The translations under genes were made by a program, and so were the position numbers. A DNA stretch of 64,000 nucleotides from Anaeramoeba ignava BMAN (Eukaryota; Protista; Anaeramoebae), in NCBI GenBank assembly GCA_028826165.1, contig JAPDFW010000092.1:868001-932000 (forward strand), read 5' to 3'. Below, piece after piece: positions 26,140 to 37,577 of this stretch (position 1 is its first letter; every line of letters begins with the position of its first letter). A model generated the notes under the pieces. It was not told the origin of the DNA, searched no databases, and saw nothing but the letters and a program-made list of their open reading frames with translations.

Positions 26140-27729
26140 ATGGATAATAATAACAATAATAACCAAAATGAAAATCAAAATCAAAATCAAAATGAAAATG
26201 AAATGAAAAATTTAGAAAAAAAAGTAACAAAAAATTTAATTAAAAATTATTCAAACCTTTTAAATGGAAATTCATTTAAAGATTTTTCAATTTTTGTTGA
26301 GAATAAATCAAATCCTTTTGAAATTAAAGTTCATAAATCAATTTTATCTTCAAGATCTCCTTTTTTTAATAAGTTTTTAAGAGGACAAAACGATATTGAT
26401 AAAATTTCTTTAAATCAATTTAATAAAAAAGAAATGGAATCAATTTTGAGTTATATTTATTATGGAAATATTTCTTTTGAGAATCAAGAAAATCTTATTC
26501 AGTTATTAGAAATTTCAATTTATTTTAAATTAAATTTATTGAAAGAAATTATTCAAAAAAAAATTTCAAATTCAATTAATTATTCAAATTTTTTCCAATT
26601 TTTATTCCAAAATCGAAATTTAAAATTAAATGAAATTGAAATGAAATGTTTTGAATTAATAAATCAAAATTTTTCCCAAATTCAAAATAATGAGAATTTA
26701 TTCAATTTAACTAAAGAAGAAATTATCAAATTTATTCAATTTAAACAAGAAAAAAAAGAAATTTTTCAATTTGATTTTTTTGAATTTTTAAATAATTGGA
26801 TTGAAAAAAGAGTTAAATCATTAAGATTAAGGAAATATAAACACAAAATGAATGAAAAGAAAAGATTATTTCATTCTTTTTTTTCATTATTTGATAAAGA
26901 TTCAATTTCAAAACAAGATTTTGATAAATTAAAACAATTTGATTTTTTTCTTCCAAATTCTTTTTTAATTAATCTTGAAAGAACTATTTTTGAAATTCAA
27001 GATCAAGAAAAAGAAAAGAAAATTGAAGAGAAATGGAAGAAAGAAATTGAAAAGAAAGATAAAATTCTCAAACAAAAAGATGAAGAAATTCAAAATCTTA
27101 AATTATCATTTGAGAAAGAAATTGAAAAAGAAAACCAAAATCAAAATCAAAATCAAAATCAAAATCAAAATGAAAATCAATTGTTGAATATTTTTGCAGA
27201 TTCAGAAATTATTAAAGATATTGAATATGTTAAGAAATTACAAGAATGGATAAATGATAATGATTTTTTTTCTAAAATGAAAAAAGGATTTTCAGCAAAA
27301 AGAGATGGATTTGATTCTCAAAATTGGCATAAAGCAGTTGATGATAAAGGAAAAACATTAGTTATTATCAAAACAAAACAAAATTTTATTTTTGGAGGTT
27401 TTACTCAAGTTGGATTTAATGGAAATACAGGAAGCATTAATGACTCAAATGCATTTATTTTTTCATTAAGAAATGATAAAGGGGATAGAATACCTGCAAA
27501 GTTTACACATAAACAAAATCGTGCAATTTATTCTGGTTTAAGTTATGGTCCAATGTTTGGTAATTATGATTTTGTTTTAGGTTCTAATTTACAACCTGGT
27601 TTATCAGATTTTGGTTATAGTTATAATCTACCTAATGGAATTACTTATCAAACAAATGAAGCTAAAAGTTATTTAGCTGGTTCTTATAAATCATGGGTTG
27701 TTGATGAACTTGAATCTTATTTCATTTAA
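26140..27729 (+). CDS. BTB - coiled coil - TLDc protein (subfamily I)
   Basis: Paralogue of 18030-19646. First ATG at 26140; the ORF-track start at 26065 is a TTG in the T-rich promoter. Confidence 0.87.
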   Translation: MDNNNNNNQNENQNQNQNENEMKNLEKKVTKNLIKNYSNLLNGNSFKDFSIFVENKSNPFEIKVHKSILSSRSPFFNKFLRGQNDIDKISLNQFNKKEMESILSYIYYGNISFENQENLIQLLEISIYFKLNLLKEIIQKKISNSINYSNFFQFLFQNRNLKLNEIEMKCFELINQNFSQIQNNENLFNLTKEEIIKFIQFKQEKKEIFQFDFFEFLNNWIEKRVKSLRLRKYKHKMNEKKRLFHSFFSLFDKDSISKQDFDKLKQFDFFLPNSFLINLERTIFEIQDQEKEKKIEEKWKKEIEKKDKILKQKDEEIQNLKLSFEKEIEKENQNQNQNQNQNQNENQLLNIFADSEIIKDIEYVKKLQEWINDNDFFSKMKKGFSAKRDGFDSQNWHKAVDDKGKTLVIIKTKQNFIFGGFTQVGFNGNTGSINDSNAFIFSLRNDKGDRIPAKFTHKQNRAIYSGLSYGPMFGNYDFVLGSNLQPGLSDFGYSYNLPNGITYQTNEAKSYLAGSYKSWVVDELESYFI

Positions 27730-28488
27730 AAATTAATTAATAATAAGAAAATCAAACTTTTTTTTTTAATTTTTTTTTTCAAAATTTAATTCAATTTTAA
27801 TTTACTTTTAATCAAATTAATTTCTTTAAAATAATAAATAAGAAACAAATTTAATTTTAATTAATTTAATTTTAATTTAAAATATTTATTAAAAATTTAA
27901 TTAATAAAAATAATCCAAAAATAATAAATTTTAAAAATTGAATATTTTTAATATATAATAAAAATAAAAATAAAAATTGAAAATAGAAATTAATAATAAT
28001 TAAATTTAAATTCATTAATTAAAATAATAAAATAAAAATCAAATAAAATTTATTATTAATTAATATTTAAATATTAATAAATTATAATCAAAATCAAAAA
28101 TAGAATAATTATTAAATTATTTTTAGAAAGTTTATCTTATTCAATCATGTTAAATTCAATTTATTTAAAATTTTTAATTTTTAATTTTATTTTTAATATA
28201 TTTTTTATTATAATTAAAATTGGAATAATAAATAATCAAAAATATTAATATAATAAGTAAAATTATCATTTGAAATTAAAATAAAATAAATTTAAAATAA
28301 ATTATTATTAAATATTATTAAAATTAAATATTTATATTTATTAAAAGATTTTATTTATTTTATTAAATTATTGGGAATAGTTTTATATTATTTTAAATAA
28401 AGAAATATTAATAAAATATATAAAATATAATTAGTTTTAAATTTAATTATTTAATATTCTTTATTCCATTTTTGAAATAAATTAATTA

Positions 28489-28805
28489 AAAGATTTTATA
28501 ATTGAAAGAAAAGAAAAACAATATAAATTTCCAAAATTAATATTAATAATGAGAAGTGAATTATATCGAGGAATGTTTTTATCTGTAATAAATGATACTT
28601 CTAATAAAGTTACAGATTACAGTGAATTAAGTAATAAATCATTTCAATTATTTGAATATTGGATTTATTCAAATCAAATTAAAGATGAAATTCAAATTAC
28701 ACAAGAAATTATTAATGAAATTCAAATAGGAATTGATTATTTTCAATTAAATCAAACAAATCCAAATTTATTTGATTTATTAATTAACAAATTTAAAAAC
28801 AAATT
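28489..28805 (+). pseudogene. 5'-truncated fragment of an RCC1-BTB gene (last BTB only; stop codon lost)
   Basis: KDFIIERKEKQYKFPKLILIMRSELYRGMFLSV...NLFDLLINKF starts abruptly after AT-only DNA; no RCC1 portion upstream. Confidence 0.8.
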
Positions 28806-28855
28806 TTTTTTCATTTTTTTTCATTTTTTTCATTTTTCAAAATTTTTTAATAAAA

Positions 28856-30271
28856 ATGGAAACTTATTCAAATTTAGAAAAACTTTCAAATGATTTAAAA
28901 CATTTATTTCAAAACCAAAATCAAAAAGAAAATTATTTTGATTTTGAAATAATTTGTGAACAAAATAAAACTTCATTTAAAACTCATAAATCAATTCTTT
29001 CTTCAAGAAGTGAATATTTTAAATCTCTTTTTAATTCTAAAATGAAAGAATATCAAGAAAATAAATTAGTTCTTCAAGATGTTTCAAGTTCAATTCTATC
29101 TTCAATTTTGAATTATCTTTATTCAGGAAAAATTGAATTTAATTTAGAAAATGCAATTCAAATTTTAATTTTTTCATCAAAATACTTAATTGATGAATTA
29201 ATTGAAATTTCTTCAAAATTTATCAAAAACAATTTACAAATTGAAACTATTGTTGATATTCTTAAATTATCTGAATCAATGAACTTAAATCATTTATTAG
29301 ATTATTCTTATAAATTCATTTGTGAAAATTTTAAAGAATTTATTAAAACTTCTCATTTTCTTGAACTTGAAGAAAATCATTTAAATTCAATATTATCAAA
29401 TGATAATATTTCAATAAATGAATTTGAACTTTTTCAATCAATAATAAAATGGGGAAAACATAAATTAAATATTAATCAAGAAAAAGAAATTGATAAAGAA
29501 AAATTACAAATTCAAATTTCAAATATTATTCCAAAAATCAGATTTATTGATTTCTCAAAAAAAGAACTTAAAGATATTTTAAAAGAAGATTTAATTCCAA
29601 ATCAAATTTCACAAAAACTAATTCAATTCCAAAAACTTCAAAACCAAAAAAATGAAACACAAAGAAATCAATTTATTGAAAAAGAAGATACATTAATTTT
29701 CAAATCAAGATTTAGATTCAAATCAGAAATTATTCAAGAAAGAGAACATAAGAAAAAAATCAGAGAATGGATAAATGATGATTATTTCTTTTCCAAAATG
29801 AAAAAAGGATATTCAGCCAAAAGAGATGGATTTGATTGTAAAAAATGGCATGATATTTGTGATGATAAAGGAAAAACATTAGTTATTATCAAAACAAAAG
29901 ATGATTTCATTTTTGGAGGATTTACTCCAGTTGGATGGAGTAGAGGGAATAGTAGATTTATTCGAGATCCTGAAGCATTTATTTTTTCATTAAGAAATGA
30001 TAAAAATGATAGAAACCCAGAGAAATTTCCAATTAAAAAAGAAAGAGAAGCATATGCTCTTTGGTATAATTTCGAGGAAGCACCAATATTTGGAACTCAA
30101 AATGCAAATGATATTTATTTGAATACCGATTTAACTCGTGGTTGGACAGATTTCGGAGCTAATTACAAATTACCTGAAGGAATTAATTATCCTACGCGAT
30201 TATCTCAAAGATACTTAGCTGGTACTCGTAATGAATGGAAAGTTGATGAAATTGAAACTTTTTTCATTTAA
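28856..30271 (+). CDS. BTB-BACK-TLDc protein (subfamily II)
   Basis: METYSNLEKLSNDLK start, paralogous to 19731-21203. Confidence 0.9.
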   Translation: METYSNLEKLSNDLKHLFQNQNQKENYFDFEIICEQNKTSFKTHKSILSSRSEYFKSLFNSKMKEYQENKLVLQDVSSSILSSILNYLYSGKIEFNLENAIQILIFSSKYLIDELIEISSKFIKNNLQIETIVDILKLSESMNLNHLLDYSYKFICENFKEFIKTSHFLELEENHLNSILSNDNISINEFELFQSIIKWGKHKLNINQEKEIDKEKLQIQISNIIPKIRFIDFSKKELKDILKEDLIPNQISQKLIQFQKLQNQKNETQRNQFIEKEDTLIFKSRFRFKSEIIQEREHKKKIREWINDDYFFSKMKKGYSAKRDGFDCKKWHDICDDKGKTLVIIKTKDDFIFGGFTPVGWSRGNSRFIRDPEAFIFSLRNDKNDRNPEKFPIKKEREAYALWYNFEEAPIFGTQNANDIYLNTDLTRGWTDFGANYKLPEGINYPTRLSQRYLAGTRNEWKVDEIETFFI

Positions 30272-30289
30272 AAATCCCAATTAAAATAA

Positions 30290-31310
30290 AAGAAAAAATA
30301 ATAATATTTTTATTCCACTTTTTTTTGATTTAATAAAAATATAAAATAAATAAATAAAAATAAAATATAATTAAAATTAAATGAAAAAAATTTAATTTTA
30401 ATTTAAAATAAAATTAAAAAAAATTAAATTAAATTATTAATTAATTATAATTAAAATAAAAGAAAAAATAATAATATTTTTATTCCACTTTTTTTTGATT
30501 TAATAAAAATATTAATAAATAATAAATAAAAATATATAATTAATCAAATAAAATTTAATTTTAATTTAAAATAAAATGAAAATTAAATTAAATTATTAAT
30601 TAATTATAATTAAAATAAATTTAAAAATAAATAAAAATATTTTTATTCCACTTTTTGATTTAATAAAAATATTATAAAAATTAATAAATATAAAAATATT
30701 TATAATTAATCAAATAAAATTTAATTTTTTAAATTTAAAATAAAAAAAAAAAATAAAAAATTTTTTTAATTATTAATTAAAATAAATTAAAATAAAAGAA
30801 AAATAAATAAAAATATTTTTTTATTCCACTTTTTGATTTAATAAAAATATTAATAATAAAAATAATTAAAAATATATATTTAATCAAATAAAAATTTAAT
30901 TAAAAATTTTAATTTAAAATAAAATGAAAATTAAATTCAATTATTAATTAAAATAAATTAAAATAAATTTAAAAATAAAAATAAATAAAAATATTTTTAT
31001 TCCACTTTTTTTGATTTAATAAAAATATAAATAATAAATAATTAAAAATATATAATTAATCATATAAAATTTAATTTTAATTTAAAATAAAATAAAAATT
31101 AAATTAAATTATTAATTAATTATAATTAAAATAAATTTAAAAAATAAATTTAAAAAATAAATAAAAATATTTTTATTCCACTTTTTTTTGATTTAATAAA
31201 AATATTAATAAATAATAAATAAAAATATATAATTAATCAAATAAAATTTAATTTTAATTTAAAATAAAATGAAAATTAAATTAAATTATTATTAAAATAA
31301 ATTAAAAAAA
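30290..31310. repeat. AT-rich tandem repeat, ~165-178-bp unit, ~6 copies, each containing TATTCCACTTTTT(T)GATTTAATAAAAATAT
   Basis: Anchor recurs at ~30311, 30481, 30645, 30823, 30998, 31174. Confidence 0.85.
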
Positions 31311-31366
31311 AATAAAAATTGAAATTTTGATTTTCATTTTTTTTTCATTTTTTTTCAAAACACAGA

Positions 31367-34300
31367 ATGACAACAAAAGGAAAATTTGCAGTAGCACTTT
31401 TTAATTACAAACCCGAAGAAAGAGGAGAATTAGAATTAAATGAAGGAGATGTAATACAAGTTTTAGAAGAAGATGACAGTGGATGGTGGAAAGGGGAAGC
31501 AGATGGAAGAATAGGATATTTTCCAAGTACTTATGTTGAATACGTTGATGATGAAACAATTCTAGAAACTCAAGAAATTGAAGTTGATAATTCTCAAAAT
31601 CAAGATACAACTTCTCAATCAGAAAATGATTCAAATACTCCAACTCATGAATTGGATTCTGAAAAAAATTCTCCTTTAACTCATCATGAAAGTTCTTCAA
31701 TCAGTTTTGATAAGCTTTATGATCTTGAAACTACTATTATTAAAGTATTTTTAATTAAAAATATTTAAAAAATTTTTTTTTTGAATTTGTTTGATTCAAA
31801 ATTTTTTAAAAGGATGGTTATTTATATGATACAAGTGATGAAGAATTTAAAATTACTGTTGAAAAACCAAGAAAAGAAGGAAAATTTAAAGGAATGAAAA
31901 AATATATTTCTTATGAAATTAAGCATGCTGTATTTATTGCAATTACAATTAAAATTCATTTTTGAAATTAAAATTTCAATTAAAATTAAAATTAAAATTA
32001 AAATTAAAATTAAAATTAAAATTAAAATTAAAATTAAAATTAAAATTCATTTAAAAATTCAAATTACAATTAAAATTAAAATTAAAATCAAAATTAAAAT
32101 TATAATTAAAATTAAAATTACAATTAAAATCAAAATTAAAATTATAATTAAAATTAAAAATAAAATTAAAATTCATTTATAAATTTAAAATTAAAATTAA
32201 AATTAATATTTAAAATTAAAATTAAATTAAAATTAAAATTAAAATTAAAATTAAAAATAAAATTAAAATTCATTTATAAATTTAAAATTGAAATTAAAAT
32301 TACAATTAAAATCAAAAAATTAAAATTAAAATTAAAATTAAAATCACAATTACAATTACAATTCATTTTAAAATTATAATTAAAATTAAAATCAAAATTA
32401 CAATTCCAATTAAAATTAAAATTAAAATTAAAATTAAAATTAAAATTAAAATTAAAAATTAAAATTAATATTTAAAATTAAAATTAAAATTAAAATTTAA
32501 ATTAAAATCAAAATTAAAATTAAAATTAAAATTAAAATTAAAATTAAAATTAAAATTAAAATTAAAATTAAAATTAAAATTCATTTTGAAATTAAAATTA
32601 AAATTAAAATTAAAATTAAAATTAAAATTAAAATTAAAATTAAAATTAAAATTAAAATTAAAATCAAAATTAAAATAAGCAATTTTGTGTAAAAAGAAGA
32701 TACAAACATTTTTTATGGTTGAGAGAAAGATTAGTTGATAGATTTGAAAATATTCCAATACCACCAATGCCTGAAAAACAAGTTGCAGGAAGATTTGAAG
32801 AAGGATTTGTTGAAAAAAGAAGGAAATCATTAGAAGGATTTCTCAACAGAATAGCAAAACATCCAATTTTAAGAAGATCAAGAATATTTCATCATTTTTT
32901 AGAAGCTCAAGATTATAGAGTATGGAAAATGGGGAAAAGAGCAGCTGAAAAAGAAAATCGAGCAACAGAATTCTTTTATAAATCAGTTTCTTGTTCTCTT
33001 CCTCCTCCTGAAGATAGACAACATGAAGAAGTCAGTGATTTTAAAAGAGCTTTATATTCTTTTGAAAAAAATTTAAAAACAGTTCAAGTTTTACATACTG
33101 AAATTGGTGAATCAAATTATCATGATATTGTTACTTCTTTATCAAAATTAAGTGAAGCTTATAAAGGAATTGCAGAAAATGAAAGTCTTGGTTTGTGTTT
33201 CAAAATTCATTTTAAAATTGATTTTGAAATTAAAATTTAAAATCAAAATTGATTTTAAAATTAAAATTTAAAATCAAAATTCATTTTAAAATTAAAATTA
33301 AAATTAAAATTAAAATTAAAATTAAAATTTAAATTAAAATTAAAATTAAAATCAAAATTCATTTTGAAATTAAAATTAAAATTAAAATTAAAATTAAATT
33401 AAAATTAAAATTAAAATTAAAATCAAAATTAAAATTAAAATTAAAATTCATTTTGAAATTAAAATTAAAATTAAAATTAAAATTAAAATTCATTTTGAAA
33501 TTAAAATTAAAATTCATTTTGAAATTAAAATTCATTTTAAAATTAAAATTAAAATTAAAATCAAAATTCATTTTGAAATTCATTTTGAAATTCATTTTGA
33601 ATTTAAAATTAAAATTCATTTTAAAATTAAAATTAAAATTAAAATCAAAATTCATTTTGAAATTCATTTTGAAATTCATTTTGAATTTAAAATTAAAATT
33701 CATTTTGAAATTAAAATTAAAATTAAAATTAAAATTAAAATTCATTTTGAAATTAAAATTAAAATTCATTTTGAAATTAAAATTCATTTTAAAATTAAAA
33801 TTAAAATTAAAATTAAAATCAAAATTTAAAATTAAAATTAAAATTAAAAATTAAAATTAAAATTAAAATCAAAATTAAAATTCATTTTAAAATTCATTTT
33901 GAAATTGAAATTTGAAATAGGATTGAAATGGAGAAAAGATTGTGAATCTTGTAAAATTTTAGAAGAATCATATACTACAATTGGAAACAATCTTCTTGAA
34001 TTATCCAAAATGTGGGAATCAAAATCAGAAAATGAAATTGTCATTTTGGCAAGAGAATACAAAGAATATCTTAGAATTATGAACGTTTTCTTAGACACAA
34101 TCAAAATTCGAGATCAAGCATATTCTTCATACATTTCTGCAAATATAAAATTCCAAAAATCAATGAGTGAAAAAGATAAAGAAAATGCAGAATCTAAAGA
34201 TAAAGTTTTCCTTTTAAAAGACAAATCAGACAGAATGACTAACATTACTTTGGCTGAAATTGAATTATTTCATTTTAATAGATTGAAAGATTTTAAACAG

Positions 34301-34426
34301 AATTTAAGAAGATATGTTGATTCTCAAATTGAATTCTCAACTAAAGAAATTGAAAATTGGGAAAATGTCTTAAAAACTGTTAATTCAATTCCTGTTTTTC
34401 TTGGAAGAGATAAAAATCAAAATTAA
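31367..34426 (+). CDS. SH3-PX-BAR sorting nexin (SNX9/18/33 family); exons 31367-31744, 31813-31929, 32680-33190, 33921-34426
   Basis: SH3 ALFNY....GELEL.EGD.I......SGWW.G...G..GYFP..YV; PX KFKGMKKYISYEI..VKRRYKHFLWL..RL..RF..IPIPPMPEKQVAGRFEEGFVEKRR..L...HPIL; WKMGKRAAEKE; BAR end ITLAEIELFH..RL.DFK..L..Y...QI.F. All introns GT..AG and in frame. Confidence 0.88.
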
Positions 34427-34554
34427 TTCTAATTCTTATTCTTTTAATCTTTTAATCTTTTATTCTTTTTCTTTTTTTAATTTTTTTTTATCCGAAATTC
34501 TAAAAAGAAAAAAAAAAGAATGAAATTTTTAAAGAAAAGAAAATTTTAATTTTT

Positions 34555-35961
34555 TTAAATGAAAAAGCATTCAATTTCATCAACAATCCATTTATTATAA
34601 GAACCAGCTAAATAACTTTTTGCTTCTTTTGTTCTAAATTTTAAACCTTTAGGAAGTTTATAAGTTTTTCCAAAATTAGAAGATCCTCCTTTTAAATCAG
34701 AATCTAAATCAAAATCAGGACCATCTCCAAAAATTATTGATTCATCTTCTGAACAATAAAAAATTGCTTCTTCTTTTTCATCTTTTTTAATTGGAAATTT
34801 CTCTGGTTTTCTATCATTTTTATCATTTCTTAATGAAAAAATAAATGCTTTTGAATCTTTAATGTATTTATCATCATTCCCTTTTTTCCATCCAACTGAA
34901 GTAAATCCTCCAAAAATAAAATTATCTTTTGTTTTGATAATAATTAAAACTTTCCCTTTTTTCATTATTTTTGTATGTAACTTTCTTCCTGAAAATCCAT
35001 CTTTTTTTGCTGAAAACCCTTTTTTCATTTTGGAAAAGAAATCATCATCATTTATCCATTCTTTTAATTTATTTGAATGTTCTCTTTCTTGAATAATTTC
35101 TGATTCAAATTTGATTCTTGATTTGAAAATTAATGAATCTTCTTTTTCAATAAATTGTTTTAATTCTTTTTCTTCTTTTTGGAGTTTTTGGAATTGTGTT
35201 AATTTTTGTGAAATTTGATTTGGAATTAAATCTTCTTTCAAAGTATCTTTAAGTTCTTGTTTTGAGAAATCAATAAATCTGATTTTTGGAATAACATTTG
35301 AAATTTGATCTTGTAATTTTTCTTTATCAATTTCTTTTTCTTGATTAATATTTGATTTATGTTTTCCCCATTTTATTATTGATTGGAAAAGTTCAAATTC
35401 ATTTATTGAAATTTTATCATTTGATAATATTGAATTTAAATGATTTTCTTCAAGTTCAAAAAAATGAGAAGTTTTAATAAATTCTTTAAAGTTTCCACAA
35501 ATGAATTTATAAGAAGAATCTAATAATTGATTTAAGTTCATTGATTCAGATAATTTAAGAATATCAACAATAGTTTCAATTTGTAAATTGTTTTTGATAA
35601 AATTTGAAGAAATTTCAATTAATTCATCAATTAAATATTTTGATGAAAAATAAAATTTGAATTGCATTTTCTAAATTAATTTCAATTTTTCCTGAATAAA
35701 GATAATTCAAAATTGAAAATAGAATTGAACTTGAAACATCTTGAAGAATTAATTTATTTTCTTGATATTCTTTCATTTTGGAATTAAAAAGAGATTTAAA
35801 ATATTCACTTCTTGAAGAAAGAATTGATTTATGAGTTTTAAATGAAGTTTTATTTTGTTCACAAATTATTTCAAAATCAAAATAATTTTCTTTTTGATTT
35901 TGGTTTTGAAATAAATTTTTAAATCATTTGAAAGTTTTTCTAAATTTGAATAAGTTTCCAT
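34555..35961 (-). CDS. BTB-BACK-TLDc protein (subfamily II) with two homopolymer frameshifts (~35918, ~35648); sequencing error or pseudogene
   Basis: Family start ATGGAAACTTATTCA at 35961; A/T runs are shorter than in the intact paralogue 36052-37518. Confidence 0.72.
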
Positions 35962-36051
35962 TTTTATTAAAAAATTTTGAAAAATGAAAAAAAAATAATT
36001 TGTTTTTATAGTTTTTCCTTTTTGTTGTTCTTTTTAAAATAATTTGTTTTT

Positions 36052-37518
36052 TTAAATGAAAAAGCATTCAATTTCATCAACAATCCATTTATCATAAGAA
36101 CCAGCTAAATATTTATCAAATTTAACTAAATTTTTTTCCAGACTTTTAGGAATTTTGTAACTAAGTCCAAATTCAGAAGAACCAGATTTCATATTTGGAT
36201 TTAATATCAAATCACCAAGTCCAAAATATGGACCATAGTTTGAATAATCATAACAAAGAGCAAATTTTTTTTTTGTTGATTGAATTGGAAATTTTTCTGG
36301 TTTTCTATCATTTCGATCATTTCTTAATGAAAATAGAAAAGCTTTTGAATCAATAATATATCCATCTTGTTCATCAATATCGTCTTGATTCCATTTTGTT
36401 TTATCAGTTATCCATCCAACTTGAGTAAATCCTCCAAAAATAAAATTATCTTTTGTTTTAATAATAACTAATGTTTTTCCTTTATCATCACAAATATCAT
36501 GCCATTTTTCACAATCAAATCCATCTCTTTTGGCTGAATATCCTTTTTTCATTTTGGAAAAGAAATCATTATCATTTATCCATTCTTTTAATTTATTGAA
36601 ATATTCTGTTTCTTCAATAATTGTTGATTCAAGATTTGTTCCTTTTCTTGTTTTGAAAATTAATGAATTTTGATTTTCAATAAATTGATTTCTTTGTGTT
36701 TCATTTTTTTGATTTTGAAGTTTTTGGAATTGTGTTAATTTTTGTGAAATTTGATTTGGAATTAAATCTTCTTTTAAAATATCTTTAAGTTCTTTTTTTG
36801 AGAAATCAATAAATCTGATTTTTTGAATAACATTTGAAATTTGGATTTGTAATTTTTCTTTATCTTTCTTATCAAGTTTTTGTGTTTTCTTTTTTTGAAT
36901 AATATTTGATTTATGTTTTCCCCATTTTATTATTGATTGGAAAAGTTCAAATTCATTTATTGAAATTTTATCGTTTGATAAAATTGAATTTAAATGATTT
37001 TCTTCAAGTTCAAGAAAAAATGAAGTTTTAATAAACTCTTTAAAATTTTCAGAAATGAATTTATAAGAAGAATCTATTAATTGATTGAAATTCATTGTTT
37101 CAGATAATTTAAGAATATCAATAATAGTTTCAAATCGGAAATTGTTTTTGATAAAATTTGAAGAAATTTCAATTAATTCATCAATTAAGTATTTTGATGA
37201 AAAAAATAAAATTTGAATTGCATTTTCTAAATTAAATTCAATTTTTCCTGAATAAAAATAACTCAAAATTGAAGATAGAATTGAACTTGAAACATCTTGA
37301 AGAATTAATTTATTTTCTTGATATTCTTTCATTTTAGAATTAAAAAGAGATTTAAAATATTCACTTCTTGAAGAAAGAATTGATTTATGAGTTTTAAATG
37401 AAGTTTTGTTTTGTTCACAAATTATTTCAAAATCAAAATAATTTTCTTTTTGATTTTGGTTTTGAAATAAATTTTTTAAATCATTTGAAAGTTTTTCTAA
37501 ATTTGAATAAGTTTCCAT
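36052..37518 (-). CDS. BTB-BACK-TLDc protein (subfamily II)
   Basis: Intact 488-aa ORF with all family motifs. Confidence 0.9.
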   Translation of the reverse strand: METYSNLEKLSNDLKNLFQNQNQKENYFDFEIICEQNKTSFKTHKSILSSRSEYFKSLFNSKMKEYQENKLILQDVSSSILSSILSYFYSGKIEFNLENAIQILFFSSKYLIDELIEISSNFIKNNFRFETIIDILKLSETMNFNQLIDSSYKFISENFKEFIKTSFFLELEENHLNSILSNDKISINEFELFQSIIKWGKHKSNIIQKKKTQKLDKKDKEKLQIQISNVIQKIRFIDFSKKELKDILKEDLIPNQISQKLTQFQKLQNQKNETQRNQFIENQNSLIFKTRKGTNLESTIIEETEYFNKLKEWINDNDFFSKMKKGYSAKRDGFDCEKWHDICDDKGKTLVIIKTKDNFIFGGFTQVGWITDKTKWNQDDIDEQDGYIIDSKAFLFSLRNDRNDRKPEKFPIQSTKKKFALCYDYSNYGPYFGLGDLILNPNMKSGSSEFGLSYKIPKSLEKNLVKFDKYLAGSYDKWIVDEIECFFI

Positions 37519-37577
37519 TTTTGCTTTTTATTAAAGAAAAAAAAATGAAAAAAATGAAAAAAAAATAATTTGTTTTT

